From Acidilobaceae archaeon (GTDB lineage: Archaea; Thermoproteota; Thermoprotei_A; Sulfolobales; Acidilobaceae), in assembly GCA_039630105.1 (NCBI GenBank), contig JBCNVO010000044.1:9304-73303 (forward strand): a stretch of DNA of 64,000 nt, in the 5' to 3' direction. Below are positions 54,648 to 63,412 of this stretch, in pieces. The position numbers and the translations under genes were made by a program. Each line of letters opens with the position of its first letter. Within the stretch, counting starts at the first letter, position 1. The notes beneath the pieces were generated by a model. That model did not search any database, was not told where the DNA came from, and was given only the letters and a program-made list of their open reading frames with translations.

Positions 54648-55687
54648 ACTACTACCCTTCTGCTCGAGGCCCTCCTCAGCCTGTTCATTATCGCCAGCCC
54701 CAGCCCCCTCTCCTCAAAGCCCTCTGCTATTGCTGCATCAACCCCTAACTCGTCCACCTTCCTAAGCGCGTCGAACAGTGTCTTTGCTACAGAGAACAGA
54801 TCGCTCCTTGAGCCCAGCTCTATCACCCTGAGCCCCTCGTAGAACCTAGCTGTCTCTTTCGAGGCAAGCACGACCACCCTCTCATGCCTCTCTGCCTCCC
54901 TCCTCACTGCGCTTGCATATGCCTCCAGCTGGGAGTACTCTCTTGCCTCCACCAGGATCAGGGGAGTCTTGGGGGCATAGTGCCTGTGCTTCATTCCTGG
55001 CGCCAGCGCCCTCGAGGCCTCCACTAGCCCCCTCGCGAAGTCTGGCACTACCACCTTCTCCCCCAGCACCCTCTCTATCTCCTCCAAGGGATAAGCCCCA
55101 GGCCTGAGGAGCAGGGGCGGCTCAGAGAGCAGGTCAACTATGGTGGACTCCACGCCGTAAAGGGTCTCCCCAGCATCTATGATCACCTCTACCTTTGAGC
55201 TCAGATCTTTGACGACGTGCTCCCCCCTCGTGGGACTAGGCCTTCCAGAGGGGTTAGCGCTCGGAGCTGCTATGGGCGAGGAGAGCTCTATGAGCTTCAG
55301 GGCTACGGGGTGGGCTGGCATCCTCACTGCAAGGGTCTCGAGCCCCGCTGTGACTGCGTAGGGAACCCTCGGCGACTTCCTCACCACTATAGTGAGTGGC
55401 CCAGGCCAGAACCTCTCTGCCAGCCTGTAGGCCTTCTCTGGGACGTGGGAGGAGAGGAGCCCCAGCTGTTCCATGCTGCATATGTGGACTATCACAGGGT
55501 TGTCGAGGGGCCTGCCCTTGACCTCGTATATCCTCCTGACTGCCCCCTCGTTCAGAGCATCTGCCCCCAGCCCGTAGACTGTCTCGGTGGGGAAAGCCAC
55601 TAGTCCTCCTGCCTTTATGACTCTGGCAGCAGGGAGGAGTTGCTCCTCCAGGAAGGAAGAGGGATCTAGCCTTATGATCTCTGTGAT
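54644..55687 (-). CDS. sua5: threonylcarbamoyl-AMP synthase Sua5 (YrdC domain plus Sua5 C-terminal domain)
   Basis: Blocks PTETVYGLGADA, KGRPLDNPVIVHI, SANPSGRPSPT and APGMKHRHYAP. The first canonical start (GTG 55600) would remove about 29 conserved N-terminal residues that are encoded in frame. I extend the gene to the ATC at 55687 (see finding). Confidence 0.85.
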   Translation of the reverse strand: MTEIIRLDPSSFLEEQLLPAARVIKAGGLVAFPTETVYGLGADALNEGAVRRIYEVKGRPLDNPVIVHICSMEQLGLLSSHVPEKAYRLAERFWPGPLTIVVRKSPRVPYAVTAGLETLAVRMPAHPVALKLIELSSPIAAPSANPSGRPSPTRGEHVVKDLSSKVEVIIDAGETLYGVESTIVDLLSEPPLLLRPGAYPLEEIERVLGEKVVVPDFARGLVEASRALAPGMKHRHYAPKTPLILVEAREYSQLEAYASAVRREAERHERVVVLASKETARFYEGLRVIELGSRSDLFSVAKTLFDALRKVDELGVDAAIAEGFEERGLGLAIMNRLRRASSRRVVV

Positions 55688-55689
55688 CG

Positions 55690-56511
55690 CTATCCCCTCT
55701 TCTCCTTTACCCTGTTCACAAGCGTTCTGAGGGCTTTGAAGAACGAGGGGCCGTAATGGGCAAGGCTGTCGTACTCCATCATGACCAGCCCCTCCCTTAC
55801 TCCCCTCAGGTCCCCGAGTCCCCTGCTCTCCAGCTTGGGGAGGAGCCAGCTCCTCTCGAGCTCTACGCTGAGCTGGAACTCGAAAGCAAATATGTCAGGG
55901 TCAAAGGCCCTTATGGCAGCAGGGTCGGGGTTTATTATCCAGCTATCTCTCGTGGAGTCGAAGGTGGAGCGAGCTCCCAGGTAGATGAGGCCGTCTGCTA
56001 TGTAGGAGAGCCCTCCTGGGGATACAGGGCCTCCCAGGTCTATCTCGTAATGGATCTTAGTGCCAGAGAGGGCCCCCCTGAGGGCCCTTGCCTCCTCCTC
56101 CAGCTCCCTTGCGAGCTCTCTCGCCCCCTCCAGCTCCCCCATCACTGCCCCTACCTTCACCACGAACTCGAAGAGGCCTGGCAACGTGAGGGGGAGGGAT
56201 ATGGGGAAGACTGTGTAGCCCTTCTGCACTAGCTCCCTCATAGCCACAAGCTGTGCCCCTGTGGTAACTAGTATCAAGTCTGGCCTGAGGGGCTCCAGCT
56301 TAGAGTAGAGGACCTTCCAGTAGCTCCCCACCTTCGGCTTCTCCCTCGCCGCTGGCGGCTTGTTGCAGTATATGCTCACCCCAGCCACCCTGTCCTTCAT
56401 CCCCAGCATGTACAAGGTCTCTGTTATGGCTGGGGAGAGGCTCACTACCCGCTGGGGGCTATCTGGGACCTCCACCTCCCTGTCCAGGGCCTCTGCATAT
56501 AGCTTTACCAT
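55690..56511 (-). CDS. BtuF/FecB-type (class III) substrate-binding protein homologue without a signal peptide
   Basis: 273 aa. VVSLSPAITETLYMLGMKDRVAGVS and PDLILV are typical of the cobalamin/siderophore-binding protein family. The N-terminus MVKLYAEALDREVEVPD has no hydrophobic leader. Confidence 0.7.
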   Translation of the reverse strand: MVKLYAEALDREVEVPDSPQRVVSLSPAITETLYMLGMKDRVAGVSIYCNKPPAAREKPKVGSYWKVLYSKLEPLRPDLILVTTGAQLVAMRELVQKGYTVFPISLPLTLPGLFEFVVKVGAVMGELEGARELARELEEEARALRGALSGTKIHYEIDLGGPVSPGGLSYIADGLIYLGARSTFDSTRDSWIINPDPAAIRAFDPDIFAFEFQLSVELERSWLLPKLESRGLGDLRGVREGLVMMEYDSLAHYGPSFFKALRTLVNRVKEKRG

Positions 56512-56558
56512 TTCCCTCTCCGAACTCCTTTCTGCTCTTCCCTCTCTTATAACTCTAG

Positions 56559-56577
56559 CCTGGACACCCTGTCCAGG
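56559..56577. promoter_or_regulatory. perfect 8-bp inverted repeat CCTGGACA-CCC-TGTCCAGG in the divergent btuF-like / mcm intergenic region
   Basis: Read directly from the sequence. It lies between a TTATAA element (56546-56551, facing the minus-strand gene) and an A-rich element (about 56614-56624, facing mcm). Confidence 0.4.
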
Positions 56578-56643
56578 AATAAGTTTAACGTGGGAATCTT
56601 AAACAGATAAAGGTTTCAAAAAGTAAACCTCGCGGTAGTCGTC

Positions 56644-58344
56644 ATGACAGATCTGTACTCGAAGGAGGCAAAGGAGGAGCTTCAGAGGGCCTCGAGGAGG
56701 TGGGAGGAGCAGGTCTTGCCAGAGTGGCTCAGCAGGATGCCAGAGAGGGAGGAGCAGTTCACCACTCTCAGCGACATCCAGCTGAGGAGGATCTACACCC
56801 CCTTGGACCTGAAGGACTACGACTACATGGCCAAGCTGGGCTTCCCTGGCGAGTACCCGTTCACCCGCGGGATCCACGCTACTATGTACAGGGGGAGGAT
56901 ATGGACGATGAGGATGTTCAGCGGCTTCGGGGGGCCTGAGGAGACCAACGAGAGGCTCAAGATGTTGATAAGGGCAGGGGAGACAGGCCTAAGCCTTGCC
57001 TTCGACAACGCTACCCTAGTAGGAGTGGACCCGGACGATCCCCTAGCAGAGGGCTCAATAGGCATAGTGGGCGTGAGCGTCCCCACGCTAACAGATATGG
57101 AAGTGGTGTTCAAGGACATAAACCTGGGCGAGGTCACCACAAACATGACCATTAACCCGCCAGCCCCCGTCCTCCTCTCCTTCTACGTTGCTGTGGCAGA
57201 GAAGCAGGGGGTCAGCTACGACAGGATAGGCGGCACAACGCAGAACGACCCGCTGAAGGAGTTCATTGCCCAGAAGACCTACGTGTTCCCCCCAGAGGCC
57301 GCAGTGAAGATAGCCATAGACGTCATGGAGTGGAGCGTGAGGAACCTGCCTAAGTGGAACCCTGTGAGCATCAGCGGCTACCACATAAGGGAGGCTGGGG
57401 CTACTGCAGTTCAGGAGCTCGCCTTCACCCTTGCTGATGGCATAGAGTACGTGAGGCAGCTGAAGGCTAGGGGGATGGAGGTGGACGAGTTCGCCCCAAG
57501 GCTCAGCTTCTTCTTCGACTCCCACATCAACTTCTTCGAGGAGATAGCAAAGTTCAGGGCTGCCAGGAGAATGTGGGCAAAGATAATGAAGGAGTGGTTC
57601 GGTGCAAAGAAGCCCAGGAGCATGTGGATGAGGTTCCACGTGCAGACTGCGGGCTGCAGCCTCTACCCACAGCAGCCCTGGATCAATATAGTTAGGACTG
57701 CCATAGAGGCCCTGGCAGCAGTGCTAGGGGGCTGCCAGAGCCTCCACACTAACTCCTTCGACGAGCCCTTCAGGGTGCCGAGCGAGTTCGCTGCAAAGAT
57801 AGCCTTGAGAACACAGCAGATCATAGCTCACGAGACAGGGGTGGCTGACGTAGTAGACCCGCTCGCGGGCAGCTACTTCGTGGAGTGGCTAACTGACGAG
57901 GTGGAGGAGAGGGCTTGGAAGTACATAGACAAGATAGAGAAAATGGGAGGGATGCTGGAGGCAGTCAAGAAGGGGTTCCCGCAGAGGGAGGTGGAGGAGG
58001 CCTCCTACAGGTTCCAGAAGGAGGTGGAGGAGAGGAAGAGGATAATCGTGGGGGTGAACGAGTACAGGGAGGAGGAGTCGGAGGACGTGAGGAAGGTGCC
58101 CTTGCTCGAGTTCGACCAGCAGGAGGTAGAGAGGAGGCAGGTCGAGAGGGTGAGGAGGGTCAGGTCAATGAGGGACGGGGAGAGGTGGAAGAGAGCGCTG
58201 GAGGAGCTAGAGAGGGCTGCAGAGAGGGGGGAGAACGTCATGCCCTACGTGCTGAGCGCAGTAAAGGCCTACGCTACGATCGGGGAGATCATGGGCACCC
58301 TGAAGAGGGTGTATGGGACATATGCAGAGCCCCCGTACTACTAG
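56644..58344 (+). CDS. methylmalonyl-CoA mutase, large (catalytic, substrate-binding) subunit
   Basis: 566 aa. Blocks [27 protein letters not shown] and TNSFDEP. Confidence 0.95.
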   Translation: MTDLYSKEAKEELQRASRRWEEQVLPEWLSRMPEREEQFTTLSDIQLRRIYTPLDLKDYDYMAKLGFPGEYPFTRGIHATMYRGRIWTMRMFSGFGGPEETNERLKMLIRAGETGLSLAFDNATLVGVDPDDPLAEGSIGIVGVSVPTLTDMEVVFKDINLGEVTTNMTINPPAPVLLSFYVAVAEKQGVSYDRIGGTTQNDPLKEFIAQKTYVFPPEAAVKIAIDVMEWSVRNLPKWNPVSISGYHIREAGATAVQELAFTLADGIEYVRQLKARGMEVDEFAPRLSFFFDSHINFFEEIAKFRAARRMWAKIMKEWFGAKKPRSMWMRFHVQTAGCSLYPQQPWINIVRTAIEALAAVLGGCQSLHTNSFDEPFRVPSEFAAKIALRTQQIIAHETGVADVVDPLAGSYFVEWLTDEVEERAWKYIDKIEKMGGMLEAVKKGFPQREVEEASYRFQKEVEERKRIIVGVNEYREEESEDVRKVPLLEFDQQEVERRQVERVRRVRSMRDGERWKRALEELERAAERGENVMPYVLSAVKAYATIGEIMGTLKRVYGTYAEPPYY

Positions 58345-58756
58345 GAGGATCAGGGTGCTTGTGGCAAAGGTAGGGCTTGACGGCCACGACAGGGGAGCGA
58401 AGGTCATAGCCAGAGCTCTCAGGGACGCAGGTTTCGAGGTAGTGTACACAGGCTTGAGGCAGACAATAGAGCAGGTGGTGGCAGCAGCCATTCAGGAGGA
58501 CGTGGACATAATAGGCATAAACCAACACGAGGGCTCCCACTTCCACGTTGCAAGGAAGCTCCTCCAGAGGCTCCAGGAGAGCGGGGCAGGAGACATACCT
58601 GTAGTTATGGGAGGGAGCATACCGCTGGTGGACGTGGAGCCCCTAAAGGCAATGGGGGTAAAGGAGGTCTTCCTGCCAGGCACTCCCATTGTGGAGATAG
58701 TGAGGAGGCTGGAGGAGATAGCCTCTGAAGGGAAGCATTTAGCCCCCAGAACTTAG
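58313..58756 (+). CDS. methylmalonyl-CoA mutase, small (cobalamin-binding) subunit
   Basis: 147 aa. B12-binding motif [12 protein letters not shown] (DxHxxG) and GGSIP. Confidence 0.9.
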   Translation: MGHMQSPRTTRRIRVLVAKVGLDGHDRGAKVIARALRDAGFEVVYTGLRQTIEQVVAAAIQEDVDIIGINQHEGSHFHVARKLLQRLQESGAGDIPVVMGGSIPLVDVEPLKAMGVKEVFLPGTPIVEIVRRLEEIASEGKHLAPRT

Positions 58757-58771
58757 GGGTAAGGGGGGACC

Positions 58772-59731
58772 TTGTCGGACCCTTTAGTGCTCATAGAGAG
58801 GGCCAAGGCAGGGGACAAGAGGGCTCTAGGGAGGCTGCTGACCCTTCTGGAGGAGCTGAGCGCTGACAACGCTTGGGTGCTCGAGAGGCTCAGCTCTGAG
58901 AGCGGGAAGGCCCACGTGGTGGGCATTACTGGCATGCCAGGGGCAGGGAAGAGCACCCTCATATCCAGGCTGGTGAGGGCCTTCAGGGACATGAACTACA
59001 GGGTAGCTGTCATTTCCATAGATCCCACTAGCCCCATCAGCTCAGGCTCGATAATGGGGGACAGGCTGAGGATGCAGGAACATGCTACAGACCCGGGGGT
59101 TTTCATCAGGAGCGTGACGAACAAGGGCATCCTTGGCGGCGTGAGCCTTGCAGCCCTAGCCATGATAGAGGCTTTCGACGTCATGGGATATGACAAGGTA
59201 ATAGTGGAGACTGTGGGGGTAGGGCAGAGCGAGACTGACATAATGAACGTGGCAGACACCATAGTAGTGCTCACCATGCCCGGCGCAGGGGACGACGTGC
59301 AGGCCCTCAAGGCAGGGGTCTTCGAGATAGGGGACATCTACGTGGTGAACAAGAGCGATAGGCAGGATGCCGCCAAGACCTACGAGTACATGCTATTCGT
59401 CGCAGAGAAGGAAGCGCTGGGCAGAGGGGGCTCCTGGAGGCCTGCAGTGGTGAAGACCAGCGCTGCGCTAGGCCTAGGCATCAGGGAGCTGGCTGAGACC
59501 ATAAACAAGCACTTCAGCTATGCGATCGAGTCGGGGGAGAAGGAGAGGAGGCTCATAGCCAGGAGGACTCACCTGGTGAAGCTCGTCGCAGCAAGGCTGC
59601 TCCTCCAGTCCCTGAACGAGGTGATGGAGGAGGAGAGGGAGAGCGTTGGGAAGGTGGCAAAGGACATGAGGGGGTTCTACGAGGAGGCAATGAGGATAGT
59701 GGAGCTAACTGGAAAAAGGCTGCTCAAGTGA
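58772..59731 (+). CDS. meaB: MeaB/ArgK-type G-protein chaperone of methylmalonyl-CoA mutase
   Basis: 319 aa with a TTG start. P-loop GMPGAGKST, ETVGVGQSE, and NKSD (NKxD). Confidence 0.9.
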   Translation: MSDPLVLIERAKAGDKRALGRLLTLLEELSADNAWVLERLSSESGKAHVVGITGMPGAGKSTLISRLVRAFRDMNYRVAVISIDPTSPISSGSIMGDRLRMQEHATDPGVFIRSVTNKGILGGVSLAALAMIEAFDVMGYDKVIVETVGVGQSETDIMNVADTIVVLTMPGAGDDVQALKAGVFEIGDIYVVNKSDRQDAAKTYEYMLFVAEKEALGRGGSWRPAVVKTSAALGLGIRELAETINKHFSYAIESGEKERRLIARRTHLVKLVAARLLLQSLNEVMEEERESVGKVAKDMRGFYEEAMRIVELTGKRLLK

Positions 59732-59734
59732 TCG

Positions 59735-60373
59735 CTACTCAGGCGGCGGGAGGGACCTCTTCAAGAGCTCCACGTGCTCCTCTACCAGGCTAGCCTCGTC
59801 GTAGGGCTGGAGCTTCAGGGCGCCGTTCTCCACCTTGAGCCTGTGGAAGAAGAACTTCCTCTGCTGGAGGTCTGCTGTGAAGACCCTCAGCTCCTTGAGC
59901 GAGGAGAGGTAGCCTGCCAGCTTTGGCTCAGCAAGTATGTTGCTCAGCTGTTTCGTAGCTAGCCAGGTCCTCACGTGGACTACGAGCGCCCCGCTGAAGC
60001 CTGCCTCCTGGAGCGCCTCCACTGCTGCCTTTGCCTTCTCTGCCACCTTGCTCATCTTCTCCTCCCCTCCGAAAACTATGAAGGCTGCGTCGGGCCTGAA
60101 CTCCCCCAGAGCTGCCCTGATCTTCTCCACCAGCTTGGCCCTGTCCTCCTCGTACATGAGTATCCTTGCCAGGTCAGCCCTGTAGCCCCCGTGGGCAAGG
60201 AGAGATGCAGATATGGCTGCAGAGAGGGAGGAGCATATCCTGTCTGGTAACGTTATGATGAGCACCCTCTCGAAGCCCTTGAGGAGCTTGCCTGCTATCA
60301 CGTAGCCTGTGAGGGACCTGAGGTACACCTCCTCCTCCAGGCTGGCCCTGCTCATGGCGCTCACGTTCCTCAC
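59735..60373 (-). CDS. hypothetical protein
   Basis: 212-aa ORF with host-like composition. No motif recognised. Confidence 0.4.
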   Translation of the reverse strand: MRNVSAMSRASLEEEVYLRSLTGYVIAGKLLKGFERVLIITLPDRICSSLSAAISASLLAHGGYRADLARILMYEEDRAKLVEKIRAALGEFRPDAAFIVFGGEEKMSKVAEKAKAAVEALQEAGFSGALVVHVRTWLATKQLSNILAEPKLAGYLSSLKELRVFTADLQQRKFFFHRLKVENGALKLQPYDEASLVEEHVELLKRSLPPPE

Positions 60374-60414
60374 CAGTTCACCCCCTGCCTCCCCTCCAGA
60401 TATACTTTACGTCC

Positions 60415-61716
60415 TTACATAGCTCTAGATTTCTCACAGATCTTCTCGCCGGCTAGGAACTCCAGGATCGTCTTGAGGTTCACGTAGACGTTAACGACGG
60501 AGAAGCCGAAGAAGACGGCAGGCACCAAGGCCCCTATCGCGAAGGTGCCGATATCATAGTACGTTATCTCGTGCTTCAAGGTCAGCACTCCATAGTCCAT
60601 GATGAAGAGAATGGGGAGGGTCAGGAGGTATAGGGCAGAGTTGAAGACCGTGTAGGTGAGGAAGAGGAGCTCCACAGTCTTCGCCCTCCGCTGGTGGCAG
60701 AGGAGGAGGAGCGGGAAGAGGGAGAGGAAGTACTGCTCGTGGACAACCTTGCTGAAGCCGAGGAAGAAGGACATGGTAACTAGCACTCCCTCTGGGAGGC
60801 CTGCGCCGTTCTTGAACATTAGGGCTACCAGGGCAAGGTAGGAGAGGAGGAAGAGGACAGAGTATGCGCTCAGCGCTGCAGAGGTCAGCTGGCTGTCCTC
60901 TGCCAGGACAAGGGCCCTCAGGGGCGTCATGCCGCTAGGGTTCCTCAGCCCGTGGAAGAGGAACGCAGTGTACAGGAACTCCTGCGGCGAGAGGAGGAGA
61001 GGGGCGAGGGTGGGGAGCTGGCCTGCGAGGAAGCCGATGGAGAAAGCTACGATTGCCCCCCAGCCCTTCCTATACGAGTATAGCAGGAAGGGGGGCAGAG
61101 AGAACAGGGAGTAGGGCTTTGCCAGGCTCAGCCCGAAGGAGAGGCCTGAGAGGAAGAACTTGCCCCTCTCAGCAAATATGAGGGCTAGGAGGAGGAAGAG
61201 ACCCACTAGGCCGTCGAACATCCCCCAGGCAGCTGATATCATCAGGACGTAGGGGCTGAAGGCATAGGCTGCTGCTATCTCAGTGCTCCTCCTGCTGAGC
61301 AGGTAGACTATTACCAGGTCAGCCAGAATGAGGGGGAGCTTGACGATGGCGAGGAAGAGGAAGACGTCGTTAGAGGCAACGAAGCCCTCCTCAGGCACTA
61401 GGCTAAGGGCAGCGTTGCTCTCTATCTTGATAGGCCTGGGATCTCCTCCCAGCGAGAGGTAGAGGAGGTAGAAGGGGAGGAGGAGGTACGTCAGGTGAGG
61501 TGGGTAAGCGTAGCCTTCGAAGAAGAGGGGGAGGCCAGTGGCGTTCTGGAGCCTCACGCTCCTCTCGTAAACGTAGGAATAGACGTTATCTCCCCGAAGG
61601 GTGAGGTAGAGGCTCTCCTGGATCATAGCCATATCCCAGAGGTGTGCTGAGAAGGGAGCTATGGCCAGGCGCACGAGGAAGGCGAAGAGGAGGAGCTTTG
61701 CTACATCTTTCTCCAT
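60415..61716 (-). CDS. polytopic integral membrane protein, possibly a GT-C-type glycosyltransferase
   Basis: 433 aa with 10 or more hydrophobic segments. The N-terminal pattern resembles GT-C/DUF2029-like enzymes. The functional call is weak. Confidence 0.4.
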   Translation of the reverse strand: MEKDVAKLLLFAFLVRLAIAPFSAHLWDMAMIQESLYLTLRGDNVYSYVYERSVRLQNATGLPLFFEGYAYPPHLTYLLLPFYLLYLSLGGDPRPIKIESNAALSLVPEEGFVASNDVFLFLAIVKLPLILADLVIVYLLSRRSTEIAAAYAFSPYVLMISAAWGMFDGLVGLFLLLALIFAERGKFFLSGLSFGLSLAKPYSLFSLPPFLLYSYRKGWGAIVAFSIGFLAGQLPTLAPLLLSPQEFLYTAFLFHGLRNPSGMTPLRALVLAEDSQLTSAALSAYSVLFLLSYLALVALMFKNGAGLPEGVLVTMSFFLGFSKVVHEQYFLSLFPLLLLCHQRRAKTVELLFLTYTVFNSALYLLTLPILFIMDYGVLTLKHEITYYDIGTFAIGALVPAVFFGFSVVNVYVNLKTILEFLAGEKICEKSRAM

Positions 61717-62525
61717 AGCGCCCAGCCCAAGGCCACTGATCCCGCAGCTACGAGCGGGAGCAGGATCTGGACGAGCCTATGGTTCACCACGTTCGTGGCG
61801 AGGAGAGATATGGGGCTCACCAAGGTGGACTCTATCTCCCCCACAATGCTCAGGGAGAACCTCTCCCCGTAGTGCTCAAGAGCAACGGTGCAGCGGTGCC
61901 TCTCGTCCCTCATTACCTTGATCTCAACGGGAGAGGAGAAGTTGAGCTCCACCTGCCCTCTCCCCACCCCCTTCACCTCGAAGCCTATCGAGAGCCTATC
62001 TCCCACGAACTCCAACGTGCTCCTCCCCCTGTCCAGCTCTATTCCGTTCACCTTGCTGCAGTTCCTCCCCTTCATGACTATGACGAACTCGCTCCTCCCC
62101 TCCGACTCCAGAGCTATGTTCACCCTCTCCTCCTGTGGCATTATGACCTTCCTCACGTCTGTGCCCTCCTTTAACTTGTAGCTGACGACCATCACGTCCT
62201 CGTTCTTTCTGAGCGTTACGTTATCGAGGTCGTGGTAGAGGCTGTAGCCGTTCACTGTGGTCTCCCTGTCGTCGAACTCTATGAGCAGTATAGGCCTGTA
62301 GGAGGAGTTGGGGGCGTAGATGTACACTCTGGGCTTCCCGAGGCCCTCTGGGAAGCCTGCCATCCTCACCTCTAACTTGTTGTTCCTGTAGTAGTAAGCC
62401 CCTCTCTCGAAGCCTACCCACTCGCCGTTCCTGAAGAAGCTGTTAACTAGGGGAATGAAGGAGAGGGCTATTATGTAGATGGCCACCATGACGAAGACCA
62501 GCCTATTTAGAGCGGTGAGCTTCAC
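61701..62525 (-). CDS. membrane-anchored beta-rich protein (N- and C-terminal TM helices), function unknown
   Basis: 274 aa. N-terminal LVFVMVAIYIIALSFIPLV and C-terminal ILLPLVAAGSVALGWAL hydrophobic helices. Overlaps the downstream membrane gene by 16 nt. Confidence 0.4.
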   Translation of the reverse strand: MKLTALNRLVFVMVAIYIIALSFIPLVNSFFRNGEWVGFERGAYYYRNNKLEVRMAGFPEGLGKPRVYIYAPNSSYRPILLIEFDDRETTVNGYSLYHDLDNVTLRKNEDVMVVSYKLKEGTDVRKVIMPQEERVNIALESEGRSEFVIVMKGRNCSKVNGIELDRGRSTLEFVGDRLSIGFEVKGVGRGQVELNFSSPVEIKVMRDERHRCTVALEHYGERFSLSIVGEIESTLVSPISLLATNVVNHRLVQILLPLVAAGSVALGWALWRKM

Positions 62526-63312
62526 CTCTCACCAGCTCCTCCAGCTCCCTTTTCAGCACGAGAAGGGGGGCGCCGTCGCTGCTCTCGCGGAGAAGGGCAC
62601 GGATCTTGATCGGAGTTACGGACACTATGCCGTTGAGGGCAGCCCACACGTCGCTCCCCTCCTGCGCGTCCCAGTAGCTCTCCCTGACGTCGCCCTCCTT
62701 GAACTTCATGACAGATCCGTTTAGCTCGTACCTGAGCCTGTAGCTGTTGAGGGCAAGCCTTGTAATCATGACCCCCTTTGGGGAGAGGGGGACGTTCAGG
62801 TTCAGCAGGTCATAGAGCCTGCTCCAGAGGGGGTAGCCCCTTGCCAGCCTGGCAGCTATCCTGCCAGCCAACCTATAGTGCTCCTCTGGAACCAGCTTGT
62901 AGCTCACTAGGCTGACTGCTATGGCAGGTATGTCGTGCAGAGAGGCCTCTATGGCAGCGCCTATCGTGCCGCTGGTGAAGAAGTCCTCTAGACCTAGGTT
63001 CGGACCTATGTTCACGCCCGAAACTACGACGTCAGGCCTAGAGCCCATGAGCTCTAGCCCTATGAGGACTGACTCTGCTGGGGTTGCGTTCAGCGCCCAG
63101 GCCTCCTCGGCCCCCTCCAGCCTCACCCTCCTGATCTCCACCTCCCCGTTCCTCCCAAGCCTCTTGAAGCTAACAGTCTTGCTCATGCCGCTCATCTGCT
63201 CCCTGGGAGCGCTGACGTAGACTTTGAAGCCTGCCACGCTGAGCTCTGCGACCAGCGATCTGATCCCGATGCTCTCTATGCCGTCGTCGTTGACTGCAAG
63301 GGCAACTGGCAA
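62503..63312 (-). CDS. surE: 5'/3'-nucleotidase SurE
   Basis: 269 aa with a TTG start. N-terminal LAVNDDGIESIGIRSL and GVNIGPNLG blocks. Confidence 0.85.
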   Translation of the reverse strand: MPVALAVNDDGIESIGIRSLVAELSVAGFKVYVSAPREQMSGMSKTVSFKRLGRNGEVEIRRVRLEGAEEAWALNATPAESVLIGLELMGSRPDVVVSGVNIGPNLGLEDFFTSGTIGAAIEASLHDIPAIAVSLVSYKLVPEEHYRLAGRIAARLARGYPLWSRLYDLLNLNVPLSPKGVMITRLALNSYRLRYELNGSVMKFKEGDVRESYWDAQEGSDVWAALNGIVSVTPIKIRALLRESSDGAPLLVLKRELEELVRGEAHRSK

Positions 63313-63412
63313 AGGCCCCTCCCTCCTCCCCTTCCATGCGTGCTAATATAAGTTTGATCGCTGTAGCTTGCCTCTTTAGGTTCCAGAAGAGGCTCCTGTC
63401 GGAGGGATACAC

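Noticed and set aside
63370-63393. 7-bp stem (GCCTCTT/AAGAGGC) with a 10-nt loop in the surE-marC intergenic region.
   Set aside because: It is short and isolated, and I cannot judge its significance without folding statistics or conservation data. It is noted only as a possible marC leader hairpin.
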